A stretch of DNA of 64,000 bases from the human T2T-CHM13v2.0 reference genome, Homo sapiens, in the NCBI RefSeq assembly GCF_009914755.1, contig NC_060927.1. The stretch is one strand, 5' to 3'. The notes below the pieces were generated by a model. The model had not been told where the DNA came from, did no database searches, and was given only the letters and a program-made list of their open reading frames with translations. The position numbers were made by a program, and so were the translations under genes. Positions 37,220 through 51,380 of the stretch are shown here, in pieces; the first letter of the stretch is position 1; each line of letters begins with the position of its first letter.

Positions 37220-38416
37220 ATGTCTATTATGTAATTTTGTTTTATTCAAACAGTTGATATAATAAAGATATTCACATGCATTTTAAAATTATACACCGAT
37301 TTATTATAAGTGATATAAAATACAGTGAAAAGAATTTATTGTTAAAAACTGTCAGTGAAACATCTGATACACATCTGGCTATGAATGGTAGATTCAAACG
37401 TGATAAAACTGCCACTTGAAATGCATCACAGTACCAGCAGGCACGTGGCAATCTTACCTCCTTACTTCTTTGATTACAATGATACGATATTCACTATATC
37501 CCTCTGTGGTTGTCCTTTTGTTAAAATTTGTTCTGGTTTTCATAGTTCCTTTTGTACTTCAACAATCACATTTTGGCAACTTACTCTGGTAATTAAAAGT
37601 TGGATTCAAGGAAAACTATGAACTCCCACATTTGTTCATTCTCCTTTCCATCCCTGAATTCTGTCTTTTGTAATGTAGACCTTGTGTGACCCACACAGCA
37701 AAATTTAAAAAATGTACCCACTTCAGATTTCCCCACCTATCCAACCTAATCTGATATCTCATCCTGACAGACTGCAGCTGCCAAGAAGAAGATTCCTGTG
37801 CTGCTCTCAGGAAAATATGTCCCACTTGTTTTCTAATTCAATAAAGATACTGGTTTAAATGTGAAGCCACACAAGAGAAAGATGAAGCCAAAGCTGGTCC
37901 CCCTGAGGAATTGTTTTGAAATAAGGCATTAGGACCCTCCATTCAATTCATATTTAATAGACCACCATCTCTTCTGCCTTCATCAGGAAAAAAACAAAAA
38001 CATAAACAAAATAGTATCTGCCTATGATTAATAGTATTTAATTACACGCACTTTTGTTTGAGTTTACTTCCTTGCTTTCTGAAAAAAACATAGGTATTTA
38101 GACACTAGTTCATGATGATAAAATTAAAATTTAGTTTTACAAACAAAAATTGAAACTGTCATTTGTAGGAAAAAAATTCAAATTTAAAATTGTTATTTTT
38201 CACTATTCTTAGATAGCAAGAGAAGTAAGAATTTCTTTACTGTGATTTATATCACAACAGAATTTTTTTCCTTGACAAAGGACCTTTTAAAAATCCCAGG
38301 AAAGGACCACAAAATAATCAAAGACTGCACATTGTAAATAAAACCCTTCAGCTGTTATTGAAACATAAGTATAATTACACACAAGGAAAAGGTATTATAA
38401 GCAGAGAAAAGATGCC
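37220..38416 (-). other. PROS1: PROS1 3' UTR (non-coding part of exon 15)
   Basis: Repeat-free sequence between the TAA stop (38417-38419) and the AATAAA cluster. Confidence 0.85.
37241..37340 (-). terminator. PROS1: Cluster of three AATAAA polyadenylation signals of PROS1
   Basis: tttatt on the + strand at 37241-37246, 37300-37305 and 37335-37340, about 1.1 kb after the stop codon. Confidence 0.8.
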
Positions 38417-38577
38417 TTAAGAATTCTTTGTCTTTTTCCAAACTGATGGACATGAGTGAGCTCTAATATCATTATGTTTAGAAATGGCTTCATCCAGATC
38501 CAACTGTACACCATTAATATTCACTTCCATGCAGCCATTATAAAAGGCATTCACTGGTGTGGCACTGAATGGAACAT
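38417..38577 (-). CDS. PROS1: Protein S exon 15, coding part (end of LG2): (D)[52 protein letters not shown]
   Basis: Acceptor ttttacag|AT at 38578/38577 and stop TAA at 38417-38419. Not in the ORF track; I translated it by hand. Confidence 0.97.
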
Positions 38578-39796
38578 CTGTAAAAGGAAAATATTAGAAT
38601 ATTAGTCCAAGACTTTTAGCATCTTGTTTGTTTACAGTGAGAGAAGTCATTCAGACTTCCTGTTTCCAACCAAATTCTAATCCTAAAGGAAAAGTTAATA
38701 GTGAAATTCTATTCCATAAATACATGTTAAGTGACGCCGATATACATGTTACTGTACTTCATTGAATTCAGCATGTCATGAGTTCCTCAGATTTCATAAA
38801 CACAATTAGTTCCATTTAAACTTAAACACATTTGAGGGAGAGTAGAAACAAGCATATTCTTGTGATATTCTATTTTTATTATACAAATAACATACTATTT
38901 TCTCTTTAAACTTAAGCAACAGTTTAAGCATTGTTAAATCATTTTCTTAACTCCAAATTATAGCTACTTGGGAATCTCTTTTAAATGTCATGATCAATAT
39001 ATCTCTTTTATTATTGTTGGAATAAAAGCAGATTTCTGTATTTTTCCAAAGAAACAATTTTTTTGTTGAGCATACAATAGGTCATGATACAGGATTCACT
39101 TTCATGTACTATTTAGAGTTCCTAAAAATAACAATTTTCCTTCCTCTTTTTTGGCCTCTCCTCTCCATTAATCTTAACTCACAATGGATATTCTTTAGCC
39201 CTTATTCTTCATCTTCAGTACCTTATGCCAAAAAAAAACCTTTAAATTTTCAACTTCTAACTTGCCAACACAGTGAATAAAGTTCCTACTTTACTATGAC
39301 TGTGAGCTCATAGCATTTGTTAAGAATCCCTTTCAAGTTGGGCTAAACATCATAGATTATGCCACTTTTCCTTTTTTGAGAAAAGAAATTACTCAAATTC
39401 ATTCGATTTTGAGGAAAGAAATTACTCAAAATCATTCATTTCTCTTGGGTTTTAGTACTTCACATGGAATTTTACATGCCTACTTTGCATGTAATTAATA
39501 ATTTACCCATCTCACAGTTTATACTCTTAATATCTCAATATTTAGCTCCTCTCAAATCTTCCCCACTCTTTCTCTCAAGACATTTTGCCTGAAGTTAGTC
39601 CTCAGTGCTGTTGCCAAAATCCCGAAACCACTGAAATTTTGATAATTCTACTTCTTTTAAACTCTTTGTTGGTTTGATTTCCTAAAATTGCATTCAACTA
39701 ACTTGTGGATAAGGTAGTAGGTAGATTTCAATATAGAATTTATTCATTTAAACTATAATTTTACTCCCTAATAATTAGGCATGCTCACTACTTACC

Positions 39797-39838
<42 letters not shown>

Positions 39839-39858
39839 ATCTATCTATCTGTCTGTCT
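39797..39858. repeat. Compound (TCTA)n/(TCTG)n tetranucleotide microsatellite in intron 14
   Basis: About 10 perfect TCTA units, a TCA interruption, then TCTA/TCTG units. Confidence 0.95.
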
Positions 39859-40309
39859 TTCTATAGCTTTTAAAGCCTATTTACTTCTATTTCCCAAAAC
39901 CCCAGATACAATTTCCATATATGGGAAATCAAGACCATGAGCAGTTTAAGCAGTATATTGAAGGTTATCAGAGGTCCAGACATCAAACTCAGAATTCTCC
40001 CCATGAGAATAAATTGCAAATGTCATCTGAAAATGCTTCTAAATAACTTTCTGCCTCTAATTTTCCATTTAAAGTGAAATATTGGTGCCAATTTCATATT
40101 TTCCAATATTCAGTTAAAGATGAATCTGTTTTTCCTCCAGTTTTCCCCATCTTGGTAAATGGAATCTCCATCCATGCAACTGCTCATGCCAGATACCTAA
40201 AAGTCATCCTTATACCTGTCTTTCAGTTATTAAATCCTATTAATTTTGTTTCTAACACATATCTCCGATCTATTTACTGTCCATCATCTTCATTGTTATC
40301 ACCCTGGTC

Positions 40310-40430
40310 CTGCAGCTTCCTCAGTTTCCTCATCTGTAAAATGGGGATAATAATAGCACTTACCTCACTGGACTATTTTGAAAATTAAACAAGTGGATAT
40401 ATTTGAAGCACGTTAAACAGTGCCCAGACT
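40310..40430 (+). mobile_element. MIR fragment
   Basis: MIR core 'cctcagtttcctcatctgtaaaatggggataataatagcacttacctca'. Confidence 0.8.
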
Positions 40431-40478
40431 GTTTGTTTTGCAATAGTTGATGGTAGTTAGATACTACAACTATTGTCA

Positions 40479-40921
<443 letters not shown>

Positions 40922-41126
40922 TCAGCCTTAGTTCAACATTTTTAAACTAAACAAAACAAAACAAAAATATGCCAATAAAATGTCGGTACTAGCCCCTAGA
41001 AAAAGAATAATGAATACTGGATTTTATGTTCCCTTCTGATGCTTTTTTACTATAATTATATATTTAAAATATTATCGGTTTGATTAAAATATACTTTTTA
41101 AAACTGAAGAAAAAGTAAGCAGATAC

Positions 41127-41352
41127 CTGGAAGGCCACCCAGGTATGTGGCCACTTTTGCTTTCATTGCTTTGTCCAAGACGGCAAGTTGTCTTTGAAGG
41201 TCTTCATGGGAGATGGTTTCTATTTTAAGTGGTGTCGACAACTCCAGATTGTTTCTGTTGACTCTAAATTCCAGATGAGATTGTTGATCGGAACATAGAC
41301 TTAGGGCCTGTATCCGATATATTACAGTATTTTCAACAGATAACAGAATATC
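41127..41352 (-). CDS. PROS1: Protein S exon 14 (LG2): DILLSVENTVIYRIQALSLCSDQQSHLEFRVNRNNLELSTPLKIETISHEDLQRQLAVLDKAMKAKVATYLGGLP
   Basis: 226 nt; ctcttcag|GAT ... CCAG|gtatct. Confidence 0.97.
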
Positions 41353-43323
41353 CTGAAGAGCAGAGCAAAGATTCAATATAAGCAAGGAGTAAGAGTAATG
41401 CTGCTTAAGAGTGACTTTTGAGTTTTTGAAAGTCAAAAACTAAATTTCAATAAGGAAAGAAAATGTATGATAGAGCCTCTAAATTTAAGGGAAAAATCAC
41501 TAATTATTATAAGACTAATTTATAATAATTATGACTAAAATTTAAAATACACATTAGTTTTACAAACTCAAAGTTTAGCTAAAATATAAATGTATACTGG
41601 TTTCTGAAAATTCCGTAAAACAACCGGAACCTATAGGAGTGTCTTATATCTTTCTGTTTATGAGCCTTCCTAATTTCCAAGTTTACATATGAAAAGGGAA
41701 GGAGTTGAATCACTCTTTGTTGAGAAAAGACTTGGGAAATTTAAAATGCTTTAGTAAGCATATGCCAGCAGGACTAACAGGTTTCTTTGTGCCACACAAG
41801 CAATCCTACAGACTTGGGATAAAATAAATGAAGAGGCCCTGAGAAAGAAAAACCAGGGATTGCCACCAGCACGTTATAGAACATTTACCAGAAGATTCTA
41901 CAGAAAGAAAATGTGTTCATTCTGCTGAACCTTTCAAACTGCCGTTATGCCTAAATTACTCAATGTGTTGAGTGTGATCTCTTCATATAGCTTATATGGC
42001 ATAGAGGAAAGTGATAAAAACATAATCAGAAATGTTTATTTAGGAATCCAAGATACCTATTTTAAGTGAAAAGACTAACTTTGCAAATATAGGTTACTTG
42101 AGGAAATCTGTTATTGTGTTGTACATGTCCGTATCCTTAAACTCATTAAAAGAGATTGTCAATAAAGAAAATGCTCCAAAATGATCAATGATATCTGGAA
42201 TAATGTTATGAAATATTGCATAGACCTTGAGAAGGAAATCTGACATGCAAAGAAAGAACCACGGAGGCAAACACTCAAAGGATAAATTAAATATCAAAGA
42301 CATGGCATGCGTTAACCTCCTCCACTGCATGAATGTAGTGTTTAAGATAAGAATTCCATTTTGTTTAAAAAGAAAAACAAACTAGCAAACAAAAAACCCC
42401 TGAAATCCAAATGTAGAAAGCTCCTTAAAGGCAGGAGATTAAAACAAAAACAAAAACAAAAAAAAACTCATCAGGATATTTTTAGGTTACTTATGGTTAA
42501 CCACCAGAAACTTCCCATCCTCCTCCCTGAATCATACTTTAAGTTGCAAACAGCATAACTTGTTTTACTACAATAGACATTATTCAACCACAGGTCTCTT
42601 TCTAAAATCTACTGAAAGCATCCAAGTCAGCCTTGGCATAAACATCAGCTTCTTGCTGTAACTTGTTAGAATGCACTGTGGATGACACATAGACAGAACG
42701 ACTATGCTCTAATAGAAGTCTGAATAATACAGATTTTCTGATAACCCTCATATTTCCTTTCATCTAAGGCTTTTTCGTGTTCTTCCTCCTAATTTCAAAT
42801 AAGAGTTGCCAGTAAGAAACCAAGTGGACCAGTTTTAACTTTCTCTCTTTTTTCCTAACTTACTCTTGGGAGAAAAGATTAAGAGTGTAAGAAAGAACAA
42901 AACATTATAATTAAGCACTGAATATCTGACAGTGCACTGTAATTAGACTCACTTCTATGTTGACAGTACAGACTAATTCCCACGACACATAAAGTATTCT
43001 TAATAAGGGTGGATCTCTATGTACTCGGATGGCTCCAAGCAGCCTGTGTGAGAGTCTGCCTAATCTTAGGTATAGATGCAGTAGGTTTTTCATTCCTCCC
43101 TCCCCTTACTTCTTCATTCAGACCTTGGAAACAAGCCAGAAAAAAAGTAACAATAATAGACATTTTTTGAGTCCTTAATGATGTGCTGGAGATTGTGCCA
43201 AACACTTTACATAAGTTACTTTATTTAATCTTCAAAATAGTCCTTTGAGGTAAATACTGCTATGTATACATTTTAAAAAATGAAAAGAAAAACAAGGCTT
43301 ATATAGGTTTAGAGTTAAGTTAC

Positions 43324-43475
43324 CTGTGATTTTTCAGAGGTGGAGTCCACCAAGGACACAGCAAAGGGCACTGTGTTGTTACCAGAAACCAAGGCAAGCA
43401 TAACACCAGTGCCCGTGGATGGACGAATATTCAAGGTCACATTTACATGCCAACCCTCAGCACTGGATACATTAT
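43324..43475 (-). CDS. PROS1: Protein S exon 13 (start of LG2, three N-glycosylation sequons): NVSSAEGWHVNVTLNIRPSTGTGVMLALVSGNNTVPFAVSLVDSTSEKSQ
   Basis: 152 nt; aaatag|ATAAT ... TCACAG|gtaact. Translated by hand. Confidence 0.96.
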
Positions 43476-44393
43476 CTATTTAAAATAATGAAACAGAAGC
43501 ATGATCAATGCACTCCTAAAGTGCATCAGAAGGAATTATTATTAACACAGTCCAGGTAATATTCAAAACTATCTTGTGTAATACTATTTCCATTCCCTTT
43601 CTCAATGATCTATATAACCTAGGCAAAACAAAACAAACTTTTTTGTAATGCAGGCAAGAAACATGCAAATGGAGTACCATCTTCCCGTTCTTCCTAGAAG
43701 AGAATTCTGGATTGTGGTGTTAAGGATTATCATGGATTTTCCCAGTTTGCTCTTTAACAGTGCTTCCTTCTCCCTTGCACATTCACCAATGCTCAAATCT
43801 CAGAGTGGTCATATTTCCAAGCACACGTTTGAAAATTCAACAAATTTACTGTAATAATTTAGGGAAAATCTGGGTACAGTTGCCATCATCACTCCAAAGG
43901 ATAAATATGATCTATATACATAGGAGAGTTGGATAGTTCGATACTAGAGAAATACACTGACATCAGCAGTTAGTTTTGAAATCAGAATAGGAACCCTTGT
44001 TTTGTGAATCTCTTGTCATAATCCTTCACATTCTCTTTCTTAATTACTAGGTTAATTGTCTATCCCACTAACATGCAAGCTCTAGGAGGTATATATCTCT
44101 ATCATTGCTTTGTTTTCCCCAGCACTCACTCAATAGATATTTGTTGAATTAATATGTTTCCAGAATAGTTGGATTACTAAAAATATTAGTTCATAATCTG
44201 AATGAAGTCTTCCTCATTTAATATGATGTAACATACAGCAAAGCCCAAATACCACACGGAGCCCTTGAAAGGGTAAATGTGAATAAGGAAAATCATTTTC
44301 CTTTGACAAGATGTTCTTCCACTTAGCCACATATAATGTCACTGTTTTTCATTATAATCCTGTAACTCCCATCCAGAAGAAAAAAAATATATA

Positions 44394-44677
44394 GACCGGG
44401 TACGGTGGCACATGCCTGTAATCCTAGCACTTTGGAATTGCCTGAGCTCAGGAGTTCGAGACCAGCCTGGGCAACATGGTGAAACATCTCTACTGAAAAA
44501 AAAATACAAAAAATTAGCCGAGCATGGTGGTGTATACCTGTAGTCCCAGCTACAACTCGGGAGGCTTGATTCAGGAGAATCGCTTGAACTCAGGAGGCAG
44601 AGGTTGCAGTGAGCTGAGATCACGCCACTGCACTCCAGCCTGGGAAAAAGAGTGAGACTCTGTCTCCAAAAAAAAAA
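44394..44677 (+). mobile_element. AluS with a small left-arm deletion
   Basis: Alu dimer reading 'gcactttggaattgcctgagctcagg', which lacks the usual ggccgaggcgggcg segment. Confidence 0.9.
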
Positions 44678-45187
44678 GAATGTTTATATGTAATCATTGT
44701 GAAATAAGTAATTTTTAATTGATATATCATAATTGCACATATTTTGGGGTACATATGTCATTTGATAAATGCATACAATGTGTAATGCTCAAATCAGGGT
44801 AATTGGAATTTCTATCACCTAAACATTTATCTTGAAATAAGTAAATTTAACACAGAATATTAAACTCAAACTAAAATGAACACACGAATGTATAGAAGTT
44901 AAAATGTAACATTAAATATTAATTACAAAGTAGATCACTTACAAATTATCCATGAAATGATTAATTACTTATTAAAGTAATTTTTTTAGATACAATATAA
45001 CTCTTATTTTCATTACCTTTTCAGGATTTTTTTCCTTTGGCCAAATCACCATGGATTTAGTTTTATCCTAATTTAATCCTCACCCCATTTATAACTTTAA
45101 AAAAATCTTTCATAGGCAGAACAGAACTAGGCATTGTATCAATTTGTGTTAGAAAAAGGGAAATCATTTTTGTAAAATTTGTCCTTA

Positions 45188-45514
<327 letters not shown>

Positions 45515-45717
45515 CTACGAAAGATGGGAGGGTGGGAGGAGGGTAGGGGTTGAAAAATTACCAATTGGGTATCATGTTCACTATTTGGGTGATGTGTACA
45601 CCAAAAGCCCAGATTTCACCACTACACAATATATCACAATATATGCATGTAAGAAATCTGCACTTGTACCTCCTAATTACATAAAAATTTAAAAATGTAT
45701 TTTAATGTAGTAAGCAC

Positions 45718-46030
45718 TTTTTTTTTTTTTTTTTTTTTGTGAGACATGCTCACACTCTGTCATCCAGGCTGGAGTGCAGTGATAAGATCCTGGCTCTCTG
45801 CTGTGTCAACATATTGGGCTCAAGCCATCCTCACACCTCAGCCTCCTGAGTAGCTGGGACTACAGGTGCATGCCATCAGGCTTGGCTAATTTTTGTATTT
45901 TTTGTGAAGATAGGGTTTCACCATGTTGCCAAGGCTGGTCTTGAACTCTTGGGCTCTAGCTCTTTGGGATCTGCCCGCCTCAGCCTCCTAAAGTGCTGGG
46001 ATTATAAGTGTGAGCCACCTTACCTCGCCC
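45718..46030 (-). mobile_element. AluJ
   Basis: Poly(T) followed by a diverged reverse Alu. Confidence 0.88.
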
Positions 46031-47480
46031 TTTTTAGGTTACAAATAAACACAATTAAAATGTAATTTTTTTCTTAAAGCAGAGATATCACATTAGTGTT
46101 AACAATTTATAATGCAAAGTGTTAGTAGCTCAAATAATGAACTACTAAAAAAGAAAAAGACAAAGAATTCAATAAAATAATTAGAATTTATAAATAGCTA
46201 ATAAACATATGGGAGGATATTCAAGTTCAGTAGAAATTAGAGAAATAATATTAATATTCAAACCTACAAAATTTAATTTTTGAACTATCAGATTGGAAAA
46301 AAACTAAAGCATACACTTTCTCATTCTGTTGGTAGAAATATTAATTGATAAAAGATTTTTGGAAAAGAATGTAATTGAACCTCTAATAATTATATATTTG
46401 CATAACCTTTGATAGAGATAACCTAATTCTAAAATTTTCTTCCATAGAATTAATCACATAAAGGTAGAAGGATGTATGATTTAGGATGTTCACAGAAGTA
46501 TTACTTCTAAGGTTAAAAACCTAGGGTCAGTATGGCAAGATTCCCTGCTCCACTTAGGCTGTAGAAAAGTGGAAAGGGCACCACTCCCACCCTTACAACA
46601 ACAAAAGCCAAATTATCTGCATAATCATGACTTTTCTTGAAACTATCAAAGAGCTGAGGTCGCAGAGCAACAAACTAACCAGAAACCTAAAGAAAGACAG
46701 GTGTTTCCAAGGAAAGCCAGAATGAGAACACTTTCTAATCCAGGGCAGACAGGAAATGCCATGCAATTTGGTAAAAATAATTTAGGTAAAGATTTAAACA
46801 AATTGCTGAACTCCATGTAGGGGCTGACGTAAGAGTTTAGAAGCCCTAGAAATTACAGACACAAAGACAATTCATGATCATTCACAGGCTCTTCTCCACA
46901 GACCTTACCATGCACTCAAGAGAAAACAGAGTGCAGGGAAGGAGATCCGAAAAAGCCTCTCTCTTAATATGGTCCTGAAAGCAGCACCAGCTACAGGGAA
47001 GCCACAAAGCCCCATCTAGATCCTTCTCGGTCTCCTCTACACAACACAAGTTTTCAAGCCAGGAGAAAGGCAGCAAACCTTGTCATTAGGACACATATGA
47101 AGACTCATTGCAACTACAGATTAGGAAGAACAAACAAAAAAAGCTATCTATCATGCAGAAGGAGCAAGAAAACATATTGAGTCCTGATCACTAGACATCT
47201 CCCCTACTGATGAGAGTCAGGGAAGAGGAACAGTGAAAATTCCACACTCCTGAGACCCAGGGATACAACACCTGCCTAAGACTGAATTTGTACGACAACA
47301 ACATAGAATGCTTCCCCAACCTCCGCATCTTCTCTGCCATGTTAGCAAATGTCAGGTAACAAGAGCACTCTGCTAGGGGTGGGCAAGACACTTGAGAGAC
47401 ACAAGTGGGAGAGACATTTTCTTGAGGCGTATTATGGAGGGAATACATAAAACTGAGCTGCTATGATGAAAAACTCTCTA

Positions 47481-47794
47481 GGCCAGGCACGGTGGCTCAA
47501 GCCTGTAATCCCAGCACTTAGAGAGGCTAAGGCAAGCAGATCACCTGAAGTCAGGAGTTTGAAACCAGCCTGGCCAACATGGCAAAACCTCGTCAAAAAT
47601 ACAAAAATTAGCAGGGCATGGTGGCGCACCCTTGTAATTCCAGCTACTCAGGAGGCTGAGGCATGAGAATCACTTGAACCTGCAAGGTGGAGGTTGCGGT
47701 GAGCCGAGATTGTGGCACTGAGCTCCAGCCTGGGTGACAGAGTGAGACTCAGTCTCAAAAAAAAAGAAAAAAAGAAAGAAAAGAAAAAGAAAAA
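47481..47794 (+). mobile_element. AluSx-like, inserted in old L1M-type sequence (about 46530-48650)
   Basis: Alu dimer with an A-rich tail; 'aaaact..cta' on both flanks is TSD-like. Confidence 0.9.
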
Positions 47795-47850
47795 CTAGCT
47801 ACCAAACCATTCCCTTATTCTAAGCAGAAGGTAGTATTTTGAAAATCTGA

Positions 47851-48138
47851 GGCTGGGTGCGGTGGCTCACACCTGTAATCCCAGCACTTTGGGAGGCCAA
47901 GGGGGTGGATCATGAGATCAGCAGTTCAAAACCAGCCTGGCCAAAAACACAAAAATACAAAAATTAGCCGGGCGTGGTGGCGGGCGCCTGTAGTTCTAGC
48001 TACTCAGGAGGCTGAGGCAGAAGAATCACTTGAATCCAGGTGGCAGAGGTTGCAGTGAGCCAAGATTGCATCACTGCACCCCAGCCTGGGTGACAAAGTG
48101 AGACTCCATCTCAAAAACAAAACAAAACAAAATAAAAG
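47851..48138 (+). mobile_element. AluSg-like with an internal deletion
   Basis: Alu dimer; TSD-like 'aaatctga' and 'agatctga' flanks. Confidence 0.9.
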
Positions 48139-48890
48139 ATCTGAAACCTGTGGTGCATTAAGGGTAATCCTGGCACCAACAAAACTTAAGAAGCTCAACT
48201 TTTCACTAGATTGATTCAATCCCATTACTAAGAGCCTAGCAAAAGAAATGTGCTCATTTCCAGACACAAATATTCTTTATCTCAGTCTCTACTGTTATAC
48301 GTAAGATGCCCAAATCTAAACCAAAAATTACATGGTACACAAAGATGCAAGAAAAACAACACTTGGTCAAGGGACAAAGCAAACAAAATGACGAGACTCA
48401 GATATGACACAGTTGGAACTACGAGACAGGGAATTTAAAATAATTATGATGAATACATTGAAAACTCAGTACATAAACTAGACAAGTGTGAACAGATAGG
48501 GAATTTCAACAGGGAGGTAGAAATTTTAAGAAAGCATCAAATAGAAATGCTAGAAATGAAGATGAATCTTTCTGATGCATTCATTGATAGACTCCATACA
48601 AGTGAGAAATCAGTGAACTTTAAAATAGGTCAATTGAATTTACCCATAAGGAATCAGGCTATGTACTGATAAACCTGAAATAACAACACAAGCACATTCA
48701 AATGCCTTTATATTTTTCCCAATACACTGAAAAATTTTTGTAAAAGGTATATAATAGTATGAATAAGCATAAGACTAGAGTGGGCACACAGTAGATACTC
48801 AATAATGTTTCACAAATAAATTATTACTGTTTGTTAATGAATAAATTTACTCATTAATGAGAAAATAGAGATAAATGGAAAATCACTTAC

Positions 48891-49059
48891 TATAATCTAT
48901 GTGAAATTGAGCAATTCCAGAACCAGGATAGTAGGAGCCCTTCTCCACAGTAACCAGGCAATGCTTATTTTGTTTTTCTTGAATAATTTCCTTTATTCCA
49001 GAAGCTCCTTGCTTCATCAAATTCCAGCTTCGTATACATCCATCTAGACGAGGGTTAAT
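48891..49059 (-). CDS. PROS1: Protein S exon 12 (end of LG1): INPRLDGCIRSWNLMKQGASGIKEIIQEKQNKHCLVTVEKGSYYPGSGIAQFHIDY
   Basis: 169 nt; ttgttag|ATT ... TATA|gtaagt. Translated by hand. Confidence 0.96.
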
Positions 49060-49404
49060 CTAACAAATTAAAATACAAGTCAAGGAGTGCATTTTAAACT
49101 TAAACAGTGGCTCGATTATGAGTATAGGTTTTCATTAAGAGAAAAAAAATCCTTTCTTTGATAATAGTTGAAAATATTTTGAATTTTATTTAAGTTTTTC
49201 TTTTCAAAGTATTCTTCAGATGGACAGTCTTTTTCAGTACAAGCAAGCTCATACTATCACAAGCCCTCAGTGGGATCTTAATGGTTTTTAACACTTCAAG
49301 CCCCACCTGCCTCTCCTACATCATCCAGTGGTAACTTTTCTGCTTTCAAGTTCTATATTTGCTTCTAGCTGTGGCCCTGGGCTCTAAGTTGTCTTGTTTA
49401 TCTT

Positions 49405-49776
<372 letters not shown>

Positions 49777-50498
49777 TAGCCTCCATCAAGTATCCTGCCA
49801 GGCTCAAGACATGTAATAACCGTTTCATAAATGATTGATACTTTTTGAATAATTTATTTTACTTTTAAAGTGTATTAATTTCTCAGTTTCAAACAACAGG
49901 TATACTCATGTCAACATGGGTTAATTAATTCAAGCTTAATATCATATAATGGAAATCTTTTAAAAGTTAAAGTAACTACGAATTTCCAGAGAATGAAAGA
50001 CGGATGTAAGATAGTAAATATTTAACAATAAATTTCACCTTATGTGCTATTCTTTAGCTCTTGCATTTAAGTCCTAAAAATAGACTTGAGAAAGTCCTTT
50101 GACTGGCTTTTACAAAATGGTGTAATTTTGGACTTAAATATATGAATTTATATGTTTAACAACTGAGTATGGATTATCATGATGTTAACACTGAACATTA
50201 CATTACTAATGTTAACATTAGTGTTAACATTCTCAAGTGTTAACTTGAGAATTTTAGAAATCCACTTCATGATTTATGCTGGGGATTTAAATGGGCACAA
50301 AACCACTACGTCATTTTTTTATTTCATTAATATAATTTCAAGGGTTACTAATGTTATTTTTCCATGATCATTTCAAGTTGTCACACTTAGTATGCTTAAC
50401 AAAACAACTTCTATTGATTCTCAGAAACACACATATTCAAATCTGTTACAGACAAAAGGAACTCATCCATGATGAATGATACAAGCTTGGATCATTAC

Positions 50499-50666
50499 CG
50501 GTTTAATGAGTTCACTTTCCACTTTCCGAGGGAATCCTGCAAAGTATACTTTGGTTTCCAGCAATCCATTTTCCGGCTTAAAAAGGGGTCCAGGTTTATT
50601 TATATCCATCACAGCTTCTTTAGCTATTTTAATGCTAATACTATGTTCTAATTCTTCCACAGACAC
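50499..50666 (-). CDS. PROS1: Protein S exon 11 (LG1): VSVEELEHSISIKIAKEAVMDINKPGPLFKPENGLLETKVYFAGFPRKVESELIKP
   Basis: 168 nt, phase 0-0; ttgtag|GTG ... CCG|gtaatg. Confidence 0.97.
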
Positions 50667-51075
50667 CTACAATTAAAAAGAAAAATTACCAAATAACCAA
50701 GTATTACTACATGTCATTTGAAATACTGGGATCTAAAACTTATGTTATTATTCCAATAAAATACTTCTGTAAAGTAATCATTTTAATGTAATTATTAATT
50801 TGTTACAACTCATTTGGAATGTCAAATTATGATAAATGTGATAAAAAGGCATTTAGGGTGGCAGCACGATCAAAAATTAAAAGCATACCATATTTTAAAG
50901 TTAAAAAAAATACTATTCTGTTAAGCTTAAACATCCAGTTATATATCTTTCAATTCCAGGCTGCTAGAAAATTAACAATTAAGTGAGCCATTCTATCTTA
51001 GGAAAAATTTAAGTGGCCTTATTTTGCAATTGTCTGATAATACGCACATGGAATCAATAGTGTAAATAAGTTCTT

Positions 51076-51380
<305 letters not shown>

